64,000 nucleotides of DNA from Centroscyllium fabricii (lineage: Eukaryota), in contig JBNRSN020000295.1 of NCBI GenBank assembly GCA_051313645.2, positions 124,001 to 188,000 of the forward strand. Reading direction: 5' to 3'. The notes beneath the pieces are model-generated. The model did no database searches. It saw nothing but the letters and a program-made list of their open reading frames with translations, and was not told where the DNA came from. This document shows, piece by piece, positions 59,040 through 64,000 of the stretch; position 1 is the stretch's first letter; each line of letters opens with the position of its first letter. Position numbers and translations under genes: made by a program.

Positions 59040-62000
59040 ATGGCAAGAACAAGGAACCAAGCTCCACGAACACAAGGACTTGGCCAGAACTTCGGACGTG
59101 GACTAACTCTACCCGAGTTCTGGGAGCAACGGCCAGCAGCCTGGTTTATGTGCATCGAGACCAGCTGCCGCACACATGGCATCCAGGGGGACGACCGCTA
59201 CGACCTGGTGTTCTCAGCCCTACTGCAGTCGACGATCGATCGGATGTGGTCAAAAATACAGCGTGTGCCCACCACAGGCAGGTATGAATCCCTCAAGGCC
59301 GCGCTTATAATTTTTTTTACCCCCTCTCAATTTGAGCGCGACTGCCAGCTCCTTGACCTCCCCGAACTCGGGGACGCAGACCCATCGGACCTCTTAGGTC
59401 AGATGCAAGCGCTCACACCCAACCCGGCCTCCCTCCTCCGCACCGTCTTCCTCCTTAAACTGCCCCGCTCCATCAGACCGGCCTTGGCGGCCCTTGGCCA
59501 ACGGAGCGATGACGAGCTCGGAGAAGAAGCCGACAGGCTCATGGAGGCGCAGCGCACCCGCTCAACCACGTGCGACCCTAACTCCGCATCGGTAGAGCGC
59601 AGCCAATCACCCCCCAGGCATAACTTTACGCCTGAACCTAGGGCCCCGCGCCCACCTAGGCAACCGCATCCCTCTAGCACCGGCTGGTGCTACTACCACA
59701 CGCGGTTCGATCACAAAGCGCACCGCTGCGTCCAGCCATGCGCGTTCAAGCCACGGCCCAACTCAGCCCCCACCATATCTGTAGGCCACACAGGAGCACT
59801 GCTCTTTGCTACAGACAGCGGCACAGGCCTCAGGTTCCTCTGCGACACAGGCGCGCAGCACAGCATCGTGCCAGCCTCCCCTGCAGAAACCAAACAAGGC
59901 ACCCAGGGCCCGCCACTAGCGGCAGCCAACGGCTCCAGTATAAAAACGTACGGCACCCGCAAGCTTACTATTACCCTTGCAAGCCACACGTACACCTGGG
60001 ATTTCGTTACAGCCCAGGTCACATCGCCCCTCCTCGGGGCAGATTTCCTCTGCGCCTACGGCCTACTGGTCGACGTAACCCGGCGCCGCTTGGTCAACAT
60101 TAATACCATGACGACCATCCCATGCTCCACAGGGCCCGTACTCCTGGCCCACGCGGCAGCCCAATGCCGTTCTCGGGACTCCGATGCCTACGGCACACTC
60201 CTTGCGGAGTTCCCCGCCCTAACCAACCCCACGTTCACCGCCCGACAGGCCAAACACGGGGTGGAACATTTCATAACGACCACAGGCCCTCCCGTCCATG
60301 CCCATGCCCGTAGGCTCGACCCGGCCAAGCAGGAGATCGCGCGCACCGAGTTCCGCACCATGGAGCAACTCGGTATAATCCGCCGCTCCAACAGCCCCTG
60401 GGCCTCTCCTCTCCACATAGCCCCTAAGCCCGACGGAGGTTGGCGCCCCTGCGGCGACTACCGCCGCCTAAACAACGCCACCACCCCGGATAGGTACCCC
60501 GTACCCCACATCCAGGATTTTTCCGCCAGATCAGCGGGTTGTACGATCTTTTCGAAGATCGACCTGGTGCGTGGCTATAGTTGTGACTCTGTTGGTCAGA
60601 ACATAAATCAGCAAATAGTTGAAGCATGTGATAAGGGAACTGCTGTAATCATGGGGGACTTTAACTTTCATATCAACTGGACAAATCAAACTGGGCAGGG
60701 TAGACTAGAGGAAGAGTTTATAGAGTGTATTAGGGATGGGTTCTTAGAACAGTATGTCACTGAACCGACAAGGGGGGAGGCAATCTTAGATCTGGTCCTG
60801 TGTAATGAAGCAGGATTAATTAAAAATGTCATAGTTAGGGACCCTCTTGGAACGAGTGACCACAATATGGTTGAATTCCATATTCAACTAGAGGGGGAGC
60901 AATTTGAAACTCAAACCAGGGTACTTAGTCTAAACAAGGGAGACTATGAAGGTATGAGAACAGAACTGATTAAAGTAGATTGGGATAACGGACTAAAGAA
61001 TAAGACGGTACATGAGCAGTGGCGTACTTTTAAGGAGTTAGTGTACAACCTTCAAGAAAAATACATTCCACTGAAGAAAAAAAGGGGTAATGGAAAGGGC
61101 AGCCAACCATGGCTAAGTAAAGTAATAAAGGATAGTATTCGGCTAAAGGCGAGGGCATATAAGGTAGCCAGAGACAGTGGGAAGACAGAAGACTGGGAAG
61201 CATTTAAGAGTCAGCAAAAAATAACAAAGAGATTAATTAAGAAGGGGAAAATAGAGTATGAAAGTAACTTAGCGAAAAACATAAAAACAAATAGCAAGAG
61301 TTTTTATAGTTACATAAAAAGAAAAAGGGTGGCTAAGGTGAATGTTGGTCCATTGGAGGGTGAGACTGGGAATTTGTTGGTGGGGAACATGGAGATGGCA
61401 AAAGCATTAAATGAATATTTTGTATCAGTCTTTACCGTAGAAGACATTCAAAATATTCCAACGCTGGATAAACAGGGGGCTATAGGAATGGAGGAGCTAA
61501 ACACTATTAAGATCACTAAGGAGATGGTATTAGGTAAATTAATGGGACTTAAGGCGGATAAATCCCCTGGGCCTGATGGATTACATCCTCGGGTCTTGAG
61601 AGAAATAGCGGTGGGGATTGTGGATGCATTGGTGATAATTTTCCAAAGCTCCCTGGAGACAGGAAGGGTCCCGGTGGATTGGAAAATGGCTAATGTAACA
61701 CCTTTATTTAAAAAGGGAAGTAGACAGAAGGCTGGTAACTATAGACCGGTTAGTCTAACATCTGTGGTGGGTAAAATGTTAGAGACCATTATTAAAGAAA
61801 CACTGACGGGGCACTTGGATAAACATGACTTAATCGGACAGAGTCAGCATGGTTTTACGAAGGGGAAGTCATGTTTAACTAATCTGCTCGAATTCTTTGA
61901 GGAAGTAACATCTCGGGTCGATAAAGGGGAACCGGTGGATGTGGTATACTTGGACTTCCAAAAGGCTTTTGACAAGGTGCCACATAAGAGACTTTTGCTT

Positions 62001-63050
62001 AAAATAAAAAATTATGGGATTGGGGGAAATATATTAGCATGGGTAGAGGATTGGCTTTCAAACAGGAAGCAGAGAGTTGGGATAAATGGTTCATACTCGG
62101 GATGGCAATCGGTGACTAGCGGTGTTCCGCAGGGGTCGGTGCTGGGACCCCAGCTGTTTACAATCTATATAAATGATTTGGAGGAGGGGACCAAGTGTAA
62201 TATATCAAAGTTTGCAGATGACACAAAAATGGGAGGAAAAGCAGGGAGTGAGGAGGACAGAAAAAGCCTGCAAAAGGATATAGATAAGCTAGGTGATTGG
62301 GCAGCAACCTGGCAGATGAAATTTAATACTGACAAATGTGAAGTTATACACTTTGGAAAAAAAAATCATAGGGCAAGTTATTTTCTAAATGGGGAGGAGC
62401 TGCGTTGTAATACAACGCAAAGGGACCTGGGGGTATTAGTGCATGAATCACAAAAAGTTAGTATGCAGGTGCAGCAAGTGATTAGGAAGGCCAATGGAGT
62501 CTTAGCCTTTATTGCTAGGGGGATAGAGTATAAAAACAGGGAGGTCTTGCTGCAGCTGTACACAGTATTGGTGAGACCGCATTTGGAATACTGTGTGCAG
62601 TTTTGGTGTCCATACTTAAGAAAGGATGTACTTGCCCTGGAGGCAGTGCAGAGAAGGTTTACACGGTTAATTCCAGCGATGAGGGGGTTGACATATGAGG
62701 AAAGGTTAAGTAGGTTGGGACTCTACTCTTTAGAGTTCAGAAGAATGAGAGGCGATCTTATTGAAACGTATAAGATCGTGAGGGGCCTTGATCGGGTGGA
62801 TGCGCAAAGGATGTTTCCAATGATCGGGGAGACCAGAACTAGGGGGCATAGTCTTAGAATAAGGGGGGGCTCTTTTAAAACTGAAATGAGGAGAAACTTC
62901 TTCACCCAGAGGGTGGTTAATCTATGGAATTCACTGCCCCAGGGAGCTGTGGAAGCGGGAACATTAAATAAATTTAAAACCGAAATAGACTGTTTTTTAG
63001 CTGACAAGGGAATTAAGGGTTACGGGGAGCGGGCAGGGAAGTGGACCTGA
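59040..63050 (+). CDS. Chimeric ORF, 1336 aa: Gypsy Gag-PR-partial RT fused in frame to CR1 ORF2 (partial EN plus full RT)
   Basis: Junction FSKIDLVRGY|SCDSVGQN at ~60578; no stops in the ORF track. Confidence 0.85.
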   Translation: MARTRNQAPRTQGLGQNFGRGLTLPEFWEQRPAAWFMCIETSCRTHGIQGDDRYDLVFSALLQSTIDRMWSKIQRVPTTGRYESLKAALIIFFTPSQFERDCQLLDLPELGDADPSDLLGQMQALTPNPASLLRTVFLLKLPRSIRPALAALGQRSDDELGEEADRLMEAQRTRSTTCDPNSASVERSQSPPRHNFTPEPRAPRPPRQPHPSSTGWCYYHTRFDHKAHRCVQPCAFKPRPNSAPTISVGHTGALLFATDSGTGLRFLCDTGAQHSIVPASPAETKQGTQGPPLAAANGSSIKTYGTRKLTITLASHTYTWDFVTAQVTSPLLGADFLCAYGLLVDVTRRRLVNINTMTTIPCSTGPVLLAHAAAQCRSRDSDAYGTLLAEFPALTNPTFTARQAKHGVEHFITTTGPPVHAHARRLDPAKQEIARTEFRTMEQLGIIRRSNSPWASPLHIAPKPDGGWRPCGDYRRLNNATTPDRYPVPHIQDFSARSAGCTIFSKIDLVRGYSCDSVGQNINQQIVEACDKGTAVIMGDFNFHINWTNQTGQGRLEEEFIECIRDGFLEQYVTEPTRGEAILDLVLCNEAGLIKNVIVRDPLGTSDHNMVEFHIQLEGEQFETQTRVLSLNKGDYEGMRTELIKVDWDNGLKNKTVHEQWRTFKELVYNLQEKYIPLKKKRGNGKGSQPWLSKVIKDSIRLKARAYKVARDSGKTEDWEAFKSQQKITKRLIKKGKIEYESNLAKNIKTNSKSFYSYIKRKRVAKVNVGPLEGETGNLLVGNMEMAKALNEYFVSVFTVEDIQNIPTLDKQGAIGMEELNTIKITKEMVLGKLMGLKADKSPGPDGLHPRVLREIAVGIVDALVIIFQSSLETGRVPVDWKMANVTPLFKKGSRQKAGNYRPVSLTSVVGKMLETIIKETLTGHLDKHDLIGQSQHGFTKGKSCLTNLLEFFEEVTSRVDKGEPVDVVYLDFQKAFDKVPHKRLLLKIKNYGIGGNILAWVEDWLSNRKQRVGINGSYSGWQSVTSGVPQGSVLGPQLFTIYINDLEEGTKCNISKFADDTKMGGKAGSEEDRKSLQKDIDKLGDWAATWQMKFNTDKCEVIHFGKKNHRASYFLNGEELRCNTTQRDLGVLVHESQKVSMQVQQVIRKANGVLAFIARGIEYKNREVLLQLYTVLVRPHLEYCVQFWCPYLRKDVLALEAVQRRFTRLIPAMRGLTYEERLSRLGLYSLEFRRMRGDLIETYKIVRGLDRVDAQRMFPMIGETRTRGHSLRIRGGSFKTEMRRNFFTQRVVNLWNSLPQGAVEAGTLNKFKTEIDCFLADKGIKGYGERAGKWT

Positions 63051-63478
63051 GTTATGGTTAGTATAGTAAGACCTGAGTGATCTCCTGGACAAGTTTCGAT
63101 CGCCTGGATTGGGGTCGGAGAGGAATTTCCCGGATTTATTTTCCCAAATTGGACCTGGGTTTTTATCCGGTTTTTCGCCTCTCCCAGGAGATCACACGGT
63201 TCTTTGGGTGGGAGAAGGGTGATAGTGGTACGAAGGTTAGGGTAGGATCAGCAACGATCTTGATGGGGAGGGGGCGGGCTCGGGGGGCCGATGGCCTACT
63301 CCTGCTCCTATTTCTGGGGTTCTAGTGTTCTTGTGTTCCTGTGTTCTTGTGTCTTCTGTTCTTGTGCTATTGTGTTGTGTTCTTGTGTTCAGCCATGAAC
63401 GTATTGAATGGCGGTGCAGGCTCGACGGACCGAATGATCTACTCCTGCACCTATTTTCTATGATTCTATGACTCTATG
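60578..63478 (+). mobile_element. 5'-truncated young CR1 LINE with composite 3' end
   Basis: GDFN, LDL, SDH and RT motifs; TTCTTGTG-type tail followed by a second CR1 terminus ending TTCTATGA. Confidence 0.92.
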
Positions 63479-64000
63479 GTACACCCGGCGGACATTCCTA
63501 AAACGGCCGTTAATACCCCCTTCAGGCTCTTCGAGTTCCTCAGGATGCCCTTCGGCCTTAAAAACGCGGCCCAGGCCTTCCAGCGCCTCATGGACTCGGT
63601 CCTACGGGACTTGAAGTTCATTTTCGTCTATTTAGACGACATCCTCGTGGCCAGCACCTCCCCCCAGGAACACCTCCTGCACCTCAGGACCCTGTTCCAG
63701 TGCCTGGCCGAACACGGCCTCATCTTAAGCCCCACCAAGTGCAAATTCGGCCTCGATACTATTGACTTCCTCGGCCACCGCATTTCCCAAACAGGGGCCA
63801 TACCCCTGCCCTCCAAGGTGCAGGCGGTACAGGAATTCCCCCGCCCGCACTCCATTAAAGGGCTGCAGGAATTCTTAGGCATGGTTAATTTTTATAACCG
63901 CTTTATCCCGGGAGCAGCCGCTCTCATGGCCCCCTTATACCAGGCCACCCGCGGGCAGTCCAACAAGGCTGCGGTCGAGTGGACGGCCGACGCCGCCACC

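Larger units (their letters stand above)
58702..64000 (+). mobile_element. Second CsRn1-like Gypsy element (5' LTR 58702-58947), interrupted by CR1 and running off the window
   Basis: LTR TG...CA, PBS TGGTGACCCCGA at 58949, CHCC Gag, DTGA; RT resumes at ~63479 (VHPADIPKTAVI...YLDD). Confidence 0.93.

Overview
Repeat-dense vertebrate genomic DNA, very likely a cartilaginous fish (shark or ray), judged from HE1-like V-SINEs, CR1/HER1-like LINEs and SacSINE1-like DeuSINEs. The only host gene I can support is coding exon 1 (SAP domain) of an HNRNPUL1-like gene on the minus strand (32336-32546), with a CCAAT-rich CpG promoter containing a ~137-bp palindrome. The left end is a ~6.5-6.85 kb tandem duplication running into a 200-N gap, followed by a 1.9 kb C-rich minisatellite. 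Each duplicated unit carries (i) tandem ~359-bp Penelope-type monomers, each with an intact minimal type I hammerhead ribozyme (retrozyme-like), and (ii) an exact 27-nt U2 snRNA 5' fragment that forms one arm of a ~160-nt hairpin. The right half holds a complete CsRn1-clade Gypsy element (identical LTRs, 4-bp TSD, tRNA-Trp PBS) inserted into an otherwise intact two-ORF Crack/Daphne/L2-group LINE. A second CsRn1 element has its Gag-PR-RT frame fused in frame to an inserted CR1 ORF2, giving a 1336-aa chimeric ORF. The rest is nested MITEs (Tigger-like, hAT, Harbinger), solo LTRs, Rex1/RTE/CR1/Penelope fragments and a 5S rRNA fragment. Family names come from motif recognition, not database searches; boundaries without a TSD are approximate.
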